Below are positions 43,724 to 52,461 of a DNA stretch of 64,000 nt, piece by piece (within the stretch, counting starts at the first letter, position 1; every line of letters starts with the position of its first letter). The position numbers and the translations under genes were made by a program. The notes below the pieces were generated by a model. It did not search any database and was not told the DNA's origin. It was given only the letters and a program-made list of their open reading frames with translations. Source of the DNA: Candidatus Omnitrophota bacterium (GTDB lineage: Bacteria; Omnitrophota; Gorgyraeia; B26-G9); the NCBI GenBank assembly GCA_043814605.1, contig JBDRJV010000022.1, positions 149,305-213,304 of the forward strand, in the 5' to 3' direction.

Positions 43724-44908
43724 TCATTTATCTTTTAAAGCTGTAATCCCGGGAAGTTCTAATCCTTCTAAAAGTTCTAAACTGGATCCGCCGCCAGTCG
43801 AAACATGAGACATTTTATCCTGCACATTAAACTGTCTTACCGCACTAGCTGTATCTCCTCCCCCGATTATACTCGTTACCCCATTAAGACCGGCAATGTA
43901 TTCGGCTAACTTTTTTGTGCCTTGAGCAAAAGGCGCCATTTCAAAAACACCAACAGGACCGTTCCAAACAATTGTTTTTGCATTTTTTAATTTTTCTTTG
44001 AATAATTCAATTGTTCTTGGGCCAACATCTACGCCTATCCATCCTTCAGGAATCTCATCCCCAACATCCTGGATATTAGCTTCCGCATCAAATTTATCGG
44101 CAATTCTATTATCTACGGGTAAAACCATACTAATACTTTTTTCTGCTGCTTGAATTAAAATAGAGCGGGCTAAATCAACATAATCAGCTTCCAGCTTTGA
44201 ATTCCCAATAGATTTACCCTGTGCTTTTAAAAAAGTATAGGCCATCCCGCCTCCGATTAGGAAGCAGCTCACTTTATTCATCATATTTTCAATCATTTTA
44301 ATTTTATCGGAAACTTTAGCTCCGCCTAAAATTGTTACCAAGGGTTGCTCCGGTGCTTCGACAACCTTTCCTAAATATTGAAGCTCTTTTTCTAGGAGAA
44401 AACCCGCAACTGAGGGTAAAAAATGCGTGATCCCTTCTGTTGAAGCATGCGCACGGTGTGCAGTACCAAAAGCATCATTAACAAAAATATCGCCGTGTCG
44501 AGCCAACTTTGCCGCAAAATCAGGGTTATTTTTAGTTTCTTCAGGGTGAAAACGTAAATTTTCCAGTAATATGACTTGCGCATCTGTTTCTTTAACTGCT
44601 TTTTCAATATTTTCTCCCACACAATCATTTAACTTTTTTACAGGCATTTTTAAAATTTGACTTAACTTCTTCGCCACAGGATCAAGCCTCATCGATTCCA
44701 CAACCTGTCCTTTTGGCCGGCCTAAATGACTCATCAGTACAATTTTTTTAGCCTGTTGTTCAAGGCAAAACTTGATTGTGGGAATTGCCGAAATAATTCT
44801 TAATTCATCCGTAATTTGGCCTTTACTATTTAACGGCACATTAAAATCCGCCCGAATCAGAATTCTTTTATTCTTTAAATCAATATCTTTAATTGTCATT
44901 TTATTCAT
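43724..44908 (-). CDS. pgk: Phosphoglycerate kinase.
   Basis: The N-terminal motif RADFNVP and the C-terminal nucleotide-binding region (GGGDTASA, STGGG) are present. The length of 394 aa is typical. Confidence 0.95.
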   Translation of the reverse strand: MNKMTIKDIDLKNKRILIRADFNVPLNSKGQITDELRIISAIPTIKFCLEQQAKKIVLMSHLGRPKGQVVESMRLDPVAKKLSQILKMPVKKLNDCVGENIEKAVKETDAQVILLENLRFHPEETKNNPDFAAKLARHGDIFVNDAFGTAHRAHASTEGITHFLPSVAGFLLEKELQYLGKVVEAPEQPLVTILGGAKVSDKIKMIENMMNKVSCFLIGGGMAYTFLKAQGKSIGNSKLEADYVDLARSILIQAAEKSISMVLPVDNRIADKFDAEANIQDVGDEIPEGWIGVDVGPRTIELFKEKLKNAKTIVWNGPVGVFEMAPFAQGTKKLAEYIAGLNGVTSIIGGGDTASAVRQFNVQDKMSHVSTGGGSSLELLEGLELPGITALKDK

Positions 44909-45040
44909 TTTTTTATGCCTTTCTCCTTTTAATTATAAATATTATTTTTAAGAATTTATTATAGCATTCAAACCTGTATTTTGTAAATATTGTTATAATA
45001 AAATAATTAGCAGGCAATATAACTATTATAAAATAATGTA

Positions 45041-45580
45041 TTAAGGAATCGCAATCTTATAAACCATTAATTCACATCTAATCAGGTTGGATTGTTTGGA
45101 CTTAGGGCTGATTTCAAAAGCATTTATTTGGATAAGCATTGATGATTTTTCGATTGAATACATGAATACAACAAGATCTTCGATCTCAGCTTCACAACTT
45201 ATGTTTAAAGGAAACATTTGGGTTGCACCTTTTTTAATTACCTCCTGTGTCTTTAAATTATTTAAATGAACATAATTTGTATTTGCTAAACCCTCAATTT
45301 CCTTTAATAATGCTGCTTTTTCTTCTTCGGTTGAACCCGGTTTTACGATAAAAGAAGAATATTTCTTTTCTTCTGCTTCTATTTTTTTGCGCTGCATGAG
45401 AATTTTTGAATTTTTACTCATTTCATATTCTGTAGTTTTAATATTTTCTTCCAAAGTTTTCATCTTATGGATAATTGGATATAAAATAACTCTGTCGATT
45501 AAGGCAATCAAGACAAACGCGATTGAGGCATAAAGAACCATTTTTTCTCTTTTTGAAAATTTTTTTAAAAATTCTTGCAT
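45041..45580 (-). CDS. GspM/PilO-like bitopic protein; the assignment is positional.
   Basis: 179 aa with one N-terminal transmembrane helix (VLYASIAFVLIALI) and a periplasmic domain. It is the last gene of the pseudopilin block. Confidence 0.4.
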   Translation of the reverse strand: MQEFLKKFSKREKMVLYASIAFVLIALIDRVILYPIIHKMKTLEENIKTTEYEMSKNSKILMQRKKIEAEEKKYSSFIVKPGSTEEEKAALLKEIEGLANTNYVHLNNLKTQEVIKKGATQMFPLNISCEAEIEDLVVFMYSIEKSSMLIQINAFEISPKSKQSNLIRCELMVYKIAIP

Positions 45581-45615
45581 TTACTCACCTAATTTTTAGC
45601 TTTATCTTTAATGTT

Positions 45616-47055
45616 TTATTTGATAATCATACAGGTGATGCCAAAATCTGCCCAATCTTCATCATCTTGTTTTCGCGAAGTTGTATAATTAGTATTAACA
45701 TTACTAAAAAACTCGGAATCTTCTAGCGCGCTGACAAACGAAAAAACACTCGACATCGCCCGGCCTGTACCTTTAATATTTAAATTTTTTTCTTGATCCA
45801 TTTTAATATTGCTTACCATAATATCTTTAGGCAGAATATCACACAATGCGGCCAAGATTTCCAGAGAATAACCGCGCGCTTTTAAATAATGCTTGATCAC
45901 CCGCATTCTTTCCATGGATTTTTCTAAAACTTTAGCTTCCTGAGAAAATGATTCGTTTTTTGCTTTTAACCGAGACAAATACTCCCCCTTAAAATAAAGT
46001 TTAGCCATAAAAATCGCTCCAACAAGCAGCAATATTCCTAAAAAATAAACACACATTTTTACTAGTTCCTGGATTCTTTGCTCAAAAGAGATCTTTAATT
46101 TAATTTCATCCGGAATTAAATTTAAAACCGCGTCTTCTTTTTTTAAAACCGCACTGGTAAGATTAAAAAATGAAATGTGTTTATTTTTTGATATTGTCTC
46201 TAAAATTATTTTTGAAACCGGTACACACTCAAAATAAGGAATTACCTGTATGGGAATAAATACCTGCATTGCTAACTCTGACCTTAATTCTCCCATATAC
46301 TCTGTAGCTCCGGTTAAAATTAAAGTTCCGGGAGCTTGATCAATATCTTCAGACTGATAAGTTTCCAGTGATTTTTTTAACTCCTCGATAAAATCAATTG
46401 TTGATTTTTGTTTATCTAAAGTAATTTGTTTTGTTCCAATCGGTATAGTTCTTAAAAAAATAGGCATACCTTTAAAAGAAACGATAAAATCTGTAAAAGC
46501 TAACCCCATATGCAAAATCGCCACAGGATGTTCCTGTACTTCTTTTCTTATTTGTTCCGTACAAATTTTACTGATCGTTTCCGGAGCAAAAATCACTCGT
46601 TGTGTTTTAAATCCAGCTTTATCAATAAGGTCAAATTGCCGCTTTACTGCTTTGCGTACAACAATTACCAGTAAGATTTTTGAATAACTTTGTTTAACTA
46701 CTCCTAAATTAATATAATCAACGATAATTTCATCCCGGGAATAAGGCGTTTGCCGGCCGGACTGCAGATCAATAATTTCCCTGATTTCCTGATCATCCAG
46801 GGAAGGAATTTCTAAATTTTTAGTTATTGCCAAATGTAAAGGGATAACATTAATAATATAGGGATTTTTAATTTTTAAATCCGTAATTTCCTTAAAGATT
46901 AATTGTGCAATTTTATCGTCGGATAAACCCTGAATGGATTGATTAATTAAATCCACAAATTCTGCTTGTTTACCAGTGTTTTTATAATGCGCAAGCATCA
47001 GCTCATCATGGCTTAAATCCAGACTGATAATATCTATATTCTTCCTGATCTGCAT
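45616..47055 (-). CDS. GspL-like protein, or PilM-N-like fusion (cytoplasmic actin-like domain, one transmembrane helix, periplasmic domain).
   Basis: 479 aa. The cytoplasmic N-terminal ~300 aa are followed by a transmembrane helix (VYFLGILLLVGAIFM) and a periplasmic C-terminus. The architecture and the position after gspK support the call. Confidence 0.55.
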   Translation of the reverse strand: MQIRKNIDIISLDLSHDELMLAHYKNTGKQAEFVDLINQSIQGLSDDKIAQLIFKEITDLKIKNPYIINVIPLHLAITKNLEIPSLDDQEIREIIDLQSGRQTPYSRDEIIVDYINLGVVKQSYSKILLVIVVRKAVKRQFDLIDKAGFKTQRVIFAPETISKICTEQIRKEVQEHPVAILHMGLAFTDFIVSFKGMPIFLRTIPIGTKQITLDKQKSTIDFIEELKKSLETYQSEDIDQAPGTLILTGATEYMGELRSELAMQVFIPIQVIPYFECVPVSKIILETISKNKHISFFNLTSAVLKKEDAVLNLIPDEIKLKISFEQRIQELVKMCVYFLGILLLVGAIFMAKLYFKGEYLSRLKAKNESFSQEAKVLEKSMERMRVIKHYLKARGYSLEILAALCDILPKDIMVSNIKMDQEKNLNIKGTGRAMSSVFSFVSALEDSEFFSNVNTNYTTSRKQDDEDWADFGITCMIIK

Positions 47056-47060
47056 TTTTT

Positions 47061-48116
47061 TTAATTAAAATACCCTTTTTGACAACCTAAAATAACCCCG
47101 GCTTTTTTTGCCTGTTCCGTTAAATCTTTTTTAAAAATACATTCAACTTTACAATAATTTTTTTTATGACGAATCCGCCCTGTACTTTCAATTAAAAAAA
47201 TATTGGAAAAAGTGGAAACTTTTCCCGCGGCAACTAAATTACTTAAACTGGCTACTTCACTGGGAGTTAAAGAAAAAACTTTTTCTAAGCTTCCGATAAT
47301 GGATGATTCGGACAAAAAGTACTGATCGTCTTGAGTTGCGATCTGATTATCTTCTCCGCAACGAAAAGAAACTATTTTATCCACTAAATTTTCCGTTAAT
47401 CCCAAAGATAACAGTACAGTCCTTGAGGCAGTATTAATATTTACCCGGCCGGAACCGTATACAGTAAGGTAAGGTTTAATTTTATTAAATATTTCCTCAT
47501 CCATACCTTTAACTAAAAGCAATTCTTCCAGCACTTCAAACGATGCATTCTTACAATCATAAGGAACATTTAAATTTTGATAATATTTATCCTCTGCTCC
47601 CCGCGGCAATACCTGATCATCGGTATCTTTCCAATCAATAATACAAGAGGCAAGTTTATCTGCATCCAATGCTTTTAAGCCTGTCGTCCTATTAATTAAG
47701 AAAAAAAGCTCGCCGTCTTCGGCTTTATTAATATTAAGTTTACTCTCAACATCACACACTCCATACATAGTTTGAAATTCATTTTCCGTTCCCCGTGGTA
47801 AAAAATCATCAGTTTTATAACAATATCCCACATCAAAAAACCCTTCTCCGATTAACACATTATGGAAAGATTCCTGATCATTACTCCCCAGGTCTTTAAG
47901 CCTGATATAACTTTGCGTTGCTTCAAAATTTCCAATCTCGGCAATCGCTTGTTTTATCCCGGCTTCCGCAGCATCTGATAACTTATTTCTTGTTTCTATT
48001 CTGCCTAAAAAATCTAAGCGGGAACGAATCCCCCAGCCTAAGTATACGGCAAAAACAGCTAAAAATCCCAGCGCCCATAATACTAAAATCAAAACCGCCC
48101 CTTTTTTTCTTCCCAT
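47061..48116 (-). CDS. gspK: T2SS minor pseudopilin GspK-like.
   Basis: The N-terminus GAVLILVLWALGFLAVFAVYL is a prepilin-like hydrophobic segment without the +5 Glu. The size is about 350 aa and the gene follows the I/J-like genes. Confidence 0.65.
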   Translation of the reverse strand: MGRKKGAVLILVLWALGFLAVFAVYLGWGIRSRLDFLGRIETRNKLSDAAEAGIKQAIAEIGNFEATQSYIRLKDLGSNDQESFHNVLIGEGFFDVGYCYKTDDFLPRGTENEFQTMYGVCDVESKLNINKAEDGELFFLINRTTGLKALDADKLASCIIDWKDTDDQVLPRGAEDKYYQNLNVPYDCKNASFEVLEELLLVKGMDEEIFNKIKPYLTVYGSGRVNINTASRTVLLSLGLTENLVDKIVSFRCGEDNQIATQDDQYFLSESSIIGSLEKVFSLTPSEVASLSNLVAAGKVSTFSNIFLIESTGRIRHKKNYCKVECIFKKDLTEQAKKAGVILGCQKGYFN

Positions 48117-48222
48117 TATTTTATTTATACCTTTTTTAATATTATATTTCTTTATTTTTCAGTTTACAAACTCCACCGGTTATCTTTGGTCTGATTAATT
48201 TCGAATTATCTATAATTACAAA

Positions 48223-48861
48223 CTAGTATATTTCCCCTCCGACGGCCAGTTCAATTATTTTACTGTGCTTAGTCATTGTTTGACCTTCATTAATATTAAA
48301 GGTAAGCCTCACAGCTAAAGGATATTTTGTGTTCTTTTGTTTTTCATCTTTAGGCGGCCAGGAATCTATCCAAAAAAAAGATTTTTTTTCTTGATCATAA
48401 AAATTATACTCAAAAAGAAGAGAAGTTAATCCTTCTAGTAAAATTCGCGGGTTTGATTTTTTTTTGTTAGATTGCTCGGAAAATAAATTCTGATAACTAA
48501 AAAATTGCCTGTTAATTGCGCCTTTATTTTGATCATAAAAATATGTTATTTGCCCGATACGCTGCGAAACTTCTCCCGGGCTAACCGGAATATTTATCAC
48601 TCCCGGGAAATTTAAGTTATGCTCACCTCCTGTAAAATCAATGCCTTGAAAATAAATACAATTTTTTAAATCCATTTCTAGCCAGTCTAAAAACAAAGTC
48701 ATATCAATTTGCGATGTTTCTTGATTAACAATTTGCCATACTTTTAAACCATTAGAGATCATTACATATACTGTTACCGAAACAATAACGCTCATTGCCG
48801 CAGCTAAAAGCATTTCAATAAGAGTGAGTCCTTTTTGTTTATTTTTAATTTTCATGCGCAA
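48223..48861 (-). CDS. Minor pseudopilin (GspJ-like).
   Basis: The prepilin signal KGLTLIEMLLAAAM is present. 212 aa, located between the I-like and K-like genes. Confidence 0.55.
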   Translation of the reverse strand: MRMKIKNKQKGLTLIEMLLAAAMSVIVSVTVYVMISNGLKVWQIVNQETSQIDMTLFLDWLEMDLKNCIYFQGIDFTGGEHNLNFPGVINIPVSPGEVSQRIGQITYFYDQNKGAINRQFFSYQNLFSEQSNKKKSNPRILLEGLTSLLFEYNFYDQEKKSFFWIDSWPPKDEKQKNTKYPLAVRLTFNINEGQTMTKHSKIIELAVGGEIY

Positions 48862-49310
48862 TTGAATTTATATTTTTTTATCAGAAAATCAACGATTAAA
48901 ATATTACTGAAATATTTTTTTATCAAAGTGAATCTTTGAACCGAATACTGCTTTGAACCTACAAACCAGCTCATCCTTACTTTCACTAAATAAAGCCCCT
49001 GCCTTAAATCTTTTGATTCTAAAAGCACTTCCCAATTAAAAATTTTATTGCCGAATTTTACAATGCCGGCATCATTAAGCGTAACAAAGGTTTCCAGGGG
49101 ACTGTTAAAATCATTTTGCAGCTGTGCTATTTTTTCATTGATAAATAACTGTGCCTTTAAACGGTCATTAAATAAATTTATTGCATCTAAAGACATCAAA
49201 TATATTTCAAAAATCGCCACGATTCCCACAGCTAAGATCACGGTTGCTACCATTACCTCAACCAATGTAAATCCTTTACGGTTATAATTTGATATTTTTT
49301 TCATATTCAA
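48852..49310 (-). CDS. Minor pseudopilin (GspI-like).
   Basis: The prepilin signal RKGFTLVEVMVATVIL is present. 152 aa, downstream of gspG. Confidence 0.55.
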   Translation of the reverse strand: MNMKKISNYNRKGFTLVEVMVATVILAVGIVAIFEIYLMSLDAINLFNDRLKAQLFINEKIAQLQNDFNSPLETFVTLNDAGIVKFGNKIFNWEVLLESKDLRQGLYLVKVRMSWFVGSKQYSVQRFTLIKKYFSNILIVDFLIKKYKFNCA

Positions 49311-49352
49311 TTTTTTTATTCGCCATCTGCTAAACGCGATACACTGCTTTAA

Positions 49353-49754
49353 TCACCAATTCGTAACATCATCTTCACTGGCTAATCCGTCTCGGCCGAG
49401 GGAATATAAATCATAATCCTGCGGTCTATTTTGGCCGGGAGATTTATATTCATAAGTCCGGCCCCAGGGGTCAAGCGGCTCTTTTTCTAAATAAGGACCA
49501 TTCCAGCTGGCTAATGAGGCGGGATTAGCCATCAGTGCTTTTAACCCTTCTGCCGTCGAGGGAAACTGACCATTATCTAATTCGTAGAGTTTTAAAGCTG
49601 TAGCTATATTCGCCATAATATCTGCCCGGGCTGCAGCAGTTTTAGCCTGTTCAGAGCGTCCGGTTAACCGCGGCAAAACCATTGCCGCTAATGCACTGAT
49701 AATAATCACAACCAGCATTAATTCGATCAATGTGAATCCTTTTTTTCTATTCAC
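49353..49754 (-). CDS. gspG: Major pseudopilin GspG.
   Basis: The protein is KGFTLIELMLVVIIISALAAMVLPRL...DNGQFPSTAEGLKAL...WNGPYL...DPWGRTYEY...YDLYSLGRDG, which matches the GspG consensus closely throughout. Confidence 0.9.
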   Translation of the reverse strand: MNRKKGFTLIELMLVVIIISALAAMVLPRLTGRSEQAKTAAARADIMANIATALKLYELDNGQFPSTAEGLKALMANPASLASWNGPYLEKEPLDPWGRTYEYKSPGQNRPQDYDLYSLGRDGLASEDDVTNW

Positions 49755-49786
49755 AATAATCCCCTTCCTTTCATCTTTTGCTTTTT

Positions 49787-49821
49787 ATTTGTAATTTGAA
49801 ATTTGCCATTTGTCATTTCAA
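49787..49821. repeat. Five phased heptamers (ATTTGTA ATTTGAA ATTTGCC ATTTGTC ATTTCAA) in the gspG upstream region.
   Basis: Seen directly. The run is contiguous with, and partly overlaps, the left arm of the 35-bp palindrome. Confidence 0.8.
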
Positions 49822-49851
49822 TTAAGCTATTTTAAAAATAGCTTAATTGAA
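49817..49851. promoter_or_regulatory. Perfect 35-bp palindrome (TTCAATTAAGCTATTTT-A-AAAATAGCTTAATTGAA) overlapping the stop codon of the upstream metallopeptidase-like gene.
   Basis: The two 17-nt arms are exact reverse complements, confirmed base by base. The stem is AT-rich and no U-tract follows, so an operator or protein-binding site is more likely than a terminator. Confidence 0.7.
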
Positions 49852-50703
49852 TACGTATTCACACCATTTTTTTTCTAATTCAGCCGTTGTCCTCATTTGT
49901 ACTGGATAAGAAAACTTCAAAGCATCGTTAATTGTTTTGCCGTCTCTTAATTGACGGCAAAAAATCAAAAAATTCTCAGCACTATATTCTTCAATAAGAA
50001 ATCCGATTAAGGAAAACGCTTGCAAATAAAAAACATCAACTAAAGTATTTCCCTCTAATTCTAAAAGTTGTTTTTGAAAATTATCTTTATTTATACTGTA
50101 TATTTTTATTTTTTCCTGGCCATTTATTTTCCGCACATCTAGCTGCATTAATTCATCCAAAGAAAGCAGCAGGCTATTTTGCGCTAATTGCTTTACCATT
50201 TTTTTTCGTTGATTACGAATTTTTTCCTCTTCCCATTGAGCCACTCCTTCATCCAGCCATAAGGGGATTTGCCCGGTAAACCCGACAAAATCACGGAATA
50301 TCAAATGCGCCATTTCATGGGGCAGAAGTAAATCCAAAAAACCTCTCCCCCAAGCATAACTTACAATCATTTTTTTTTGGTAATCAGCTACTCCATGCGA
50401 CCAAGCATTCTGCCCTGTTCCTTGGATAAAAGACTCATGATCAGGGTAAATATATATTTTAACCCGGTTATTCCATTTCCAAAAATTAGAAAACCGCACA
50501 TAGCCTAAATCACGGGCGATGGAATCATAATATTTTTCTGATTGTAGACTTACTTCTTTGGCAAAATCCTGATAATCTGGCTGGTAGTAGACAAGGAAAT
50601 GTTCGCCTTTAAGCTCTGACCATTCTGCAGCCGCCTGGCTTAAATTTAAAAACATAAAAAAAAATATTAACAAATAAATTATTTTTAATTTCAAATTGAT
50701 CAA
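49843..50703 (-). CDS. Secreted putative gluzincin-type metallopeptidase (HExxH plus a downstream Glu; Peptidase_MA-like).
   Basis: A signal peptide is present. The motif HEMAH has a Glu 19 residues after the second His (LDEGVAQW), which is the thermolysin-type spacing. The gene is embedded between gspF and gspG. Confidence 0.5.
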   Translation of the reverse strand: MINLKLKIIYLLIFFFMFLNLSQAAAEWSELKGEHFLVYYQPDYQDFAKEVSLQSEKYYDSIARDLGYVRFSNFWKWNNRVKIYIYPDHESFIQGTGQNAWSHGVADYQKKMIVSYAWGRGFLDLLLPHEMAHLIFRDFVGFTGQIPLWLDEGVAQWEEEKIRNQRKKMVKQLAQNSLLLSLDELMQLDVRKINGQEKIKIYSINKDNFQKQLLELEGNTLVDVFYLQAFSLIGFLIEEYSAENFLIFCRQLRDGKTINDALKFSYPVQMRTTAELEKKWCEYVFN

Positions 50704-50704
50704 C

Positions 50705-51928
50705 CTATTTAACCATAATATTTAGTTGAAAAACAGGCAAGAGCATCGAAACAATAATAAAGCCGACAACAGCCCCCATAATCAAAATCATTATCGGTTC
50801 AAGCAAATTAGTCATGATTTTAATCGCTTCCTCTGTTTCCTGTTCATAGGTATTGGCTAATTCATGTAAAGCTTCGTCTAAATTCCCGGATTCTTCGCCT
50901 ACTTTAATTAAATTCACCATAAACTTGGGAAAAACATTAGATTGATCAAGCACCAGGCCAAAAGATTCCCCTTGTTCAATAGCTTTATAACCTTTAACTA
51001 ACTCTTGCTTGATAACCTCATTATTTAACGTAGGAATACTTGTCTGTATTGCTTTTAATAATTGGATACCACTCGCTAATAAGAGTTCCAGGGTAATGCT
51101 AAAACAAGCTAATTCTGCTTTTAAAAACATTTGACCAAAAATCGGCATTTTTAATTTAAAACTACCCAGTAATAATAATTCTCTCGAGGAAAGAGATTTT
51201 CGGTTAAGTAAAAAGATACTAAAACTAATTATTAACAGAGCAATTAACCAAACCCAGGGATTATTTAAAAAATTACTAAACGCAATAATAATTTTTGTCG
51301 GGAGTGGTAAATCTTGCCCTAATCGTGTGAAAATTTTCAATAACCTAGGCATCACAAATGTGAGCATAAAAATAATTGTTCCTATCCCTACTATACCCAT
51401 AAGGATAGGATAAGTGAGCGCAGTTCTAATTTGAGAAAAAATTCTTTCCTGTTTTTGACGATATTCCGCAATTCTTAACAGCGCTTTTTCCAGTGTCCCG
51501 CTTTCTTCCCCTGCCTTGACCAGGGCGATATAAAGAGCCGGGAAAATTTTCGGAAAAACCGCTAAAGTTGACGATAATGTTTTCCCGTCTTTTACTTCGT
51601 TATGGATACGGCCTAAAACAATTTGAAAATAACGGTTTGTTGCCTGATCTGATAAAATTTTTAATCCTTTTAAAATCGGCACTCCGGATTTCAAAAGCAC
51701 TGCTAATTGACGCGTAAAAACAGTTATTTGTTTTGCGCCAACACGCTCAGCCAAAAACCCCAAATTCGCTGGGGCCAAGCCTTCTGTGCCCTCAGCCAGT
51801 TCTATCCGAACCGGCATATATCCCATTTGGCTGATTCTTTCAACTGCCTCTTCGCGAGAAGCAGCACTGATTTGGGCATTAATAATCTTACCCGGACCTT
51901 TTTTTGCTTTATATTTATATGTCGCCAT
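50705..51928 (-). CDS. gspF: T2SS inner-membrane platform protein GspF.
   Basis: Two T2SSF repeats and three transmembrane segments. The N-terminal domain begins YKYKAKKGPGKIINAQISAASREEAVERISQMGYMPVRIE. Confidence 0.88.
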   Translation of the reverse strand: MATYKYKAKKGPGKIINAQISAASREEAVERISQMGYMPVRIELAEGTEGLAPANLGFLAERVGAKQITVFTRQLAVLLKSGVPILKGLKILSDQATNRYFQIVLGRIHNEVKDGKTLSSTLAVFPKIFPALYIALVKAGEESGTLEKALLRIAEYRQKQERIFSQIRTALTYPILMGIVGIGTIIFMLTFVMPRLLKIFTRLGQDLPLPTKIIIAFSNFLNNPWVWLIALLIISFSIFLLNRKSLSSRELLLLGSFKLKMPIFGQMFLKAELACFSITLELLLASGIQLLKAIQTSIPTLNNEVIKQELVKGYKAIEQGESFGLVLDQSNVFPKFMVNLIKVGEESGNLDEALHELANTYEQETEEAIKIMTNLLEPIMILIMGAVVGFIIVSMLLPVFQLNIMVK

Positions 51929-51963
51929 TTTTTCTTTCTGCTAATATTGCTAACTATTTATGT

Positions 51964-52461
51964 TCAATATCGTCGATTTGATTTTATGACAAACTTATTT
52001 ATTTTTAGGCAATCATCCTGAGGCAAATCCAGAAAAGATACAGCAGCCTCATATAAATCATCGGTTTTACTATTAACTCTGACAATCTTGGCTAAACATT
52101 GAAAAGTCCCGTAATTTTTCGGAAGAATTAAAATAATATCAATTACAGCCCCGGGTAATAATTCCTTAGTTGTTTTAAAAAACAAACCTCCGGCGCTAAT
52201 ATTTTTAGTCGTCCCGCTAAATTGCGGCTGGGTCTTTGCTTTTCCCGGTTTAAACACACTATAAAGAACTTTTAACTCAATATCTAAACGTTCATAAATA
52301 CGTTTATCCGCAATTGCCAAAGCTTCTATTTTTTCCGGCTTATACCCCATATCTTTGATTTTTTCGGTTGCCTCCTCATGCGATTCAGCATAGACGATTG
52401 ATTCAATAACAGTGCCAATATTTTTTTTAGCTAAATATTTAAATACTTTCATTTTTTTCAC
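51964..52461 (-). CDS. PilZ-domain protein whose N-terminal ~45 residues resemble the N-terminal cytoplasmic domain of GspF.
   Basis: The PilZ motifs are present: RIYER (RxxxR) and NISAGG ([DN]xSxxG). The N-terminus FKYLAKKNIGTVIESIVYAESHEEATEKIKDMGYKPEKIE aligns with the adjacent GspF N-terminus (about 18 of 40 identical). There is a 4-nt overlap with the upstream gspE-PilZ gene. Confidence 0.72.
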   Translation of the reverse strand: MKKMKVFKYLAKKNIGTVIESIVYAESHEEATEKIKDMGYKPEKIEALAIADKRIYERLDIELKVLYSVFKPGKAKTQPQFSGTTKNISAGGLFFKTTKELLPGAVIDIILILPKNYGTFQCLAKIVRVNSKTDDLYEAAVSFLDLPQDDCLKINKFVIKSNRRY

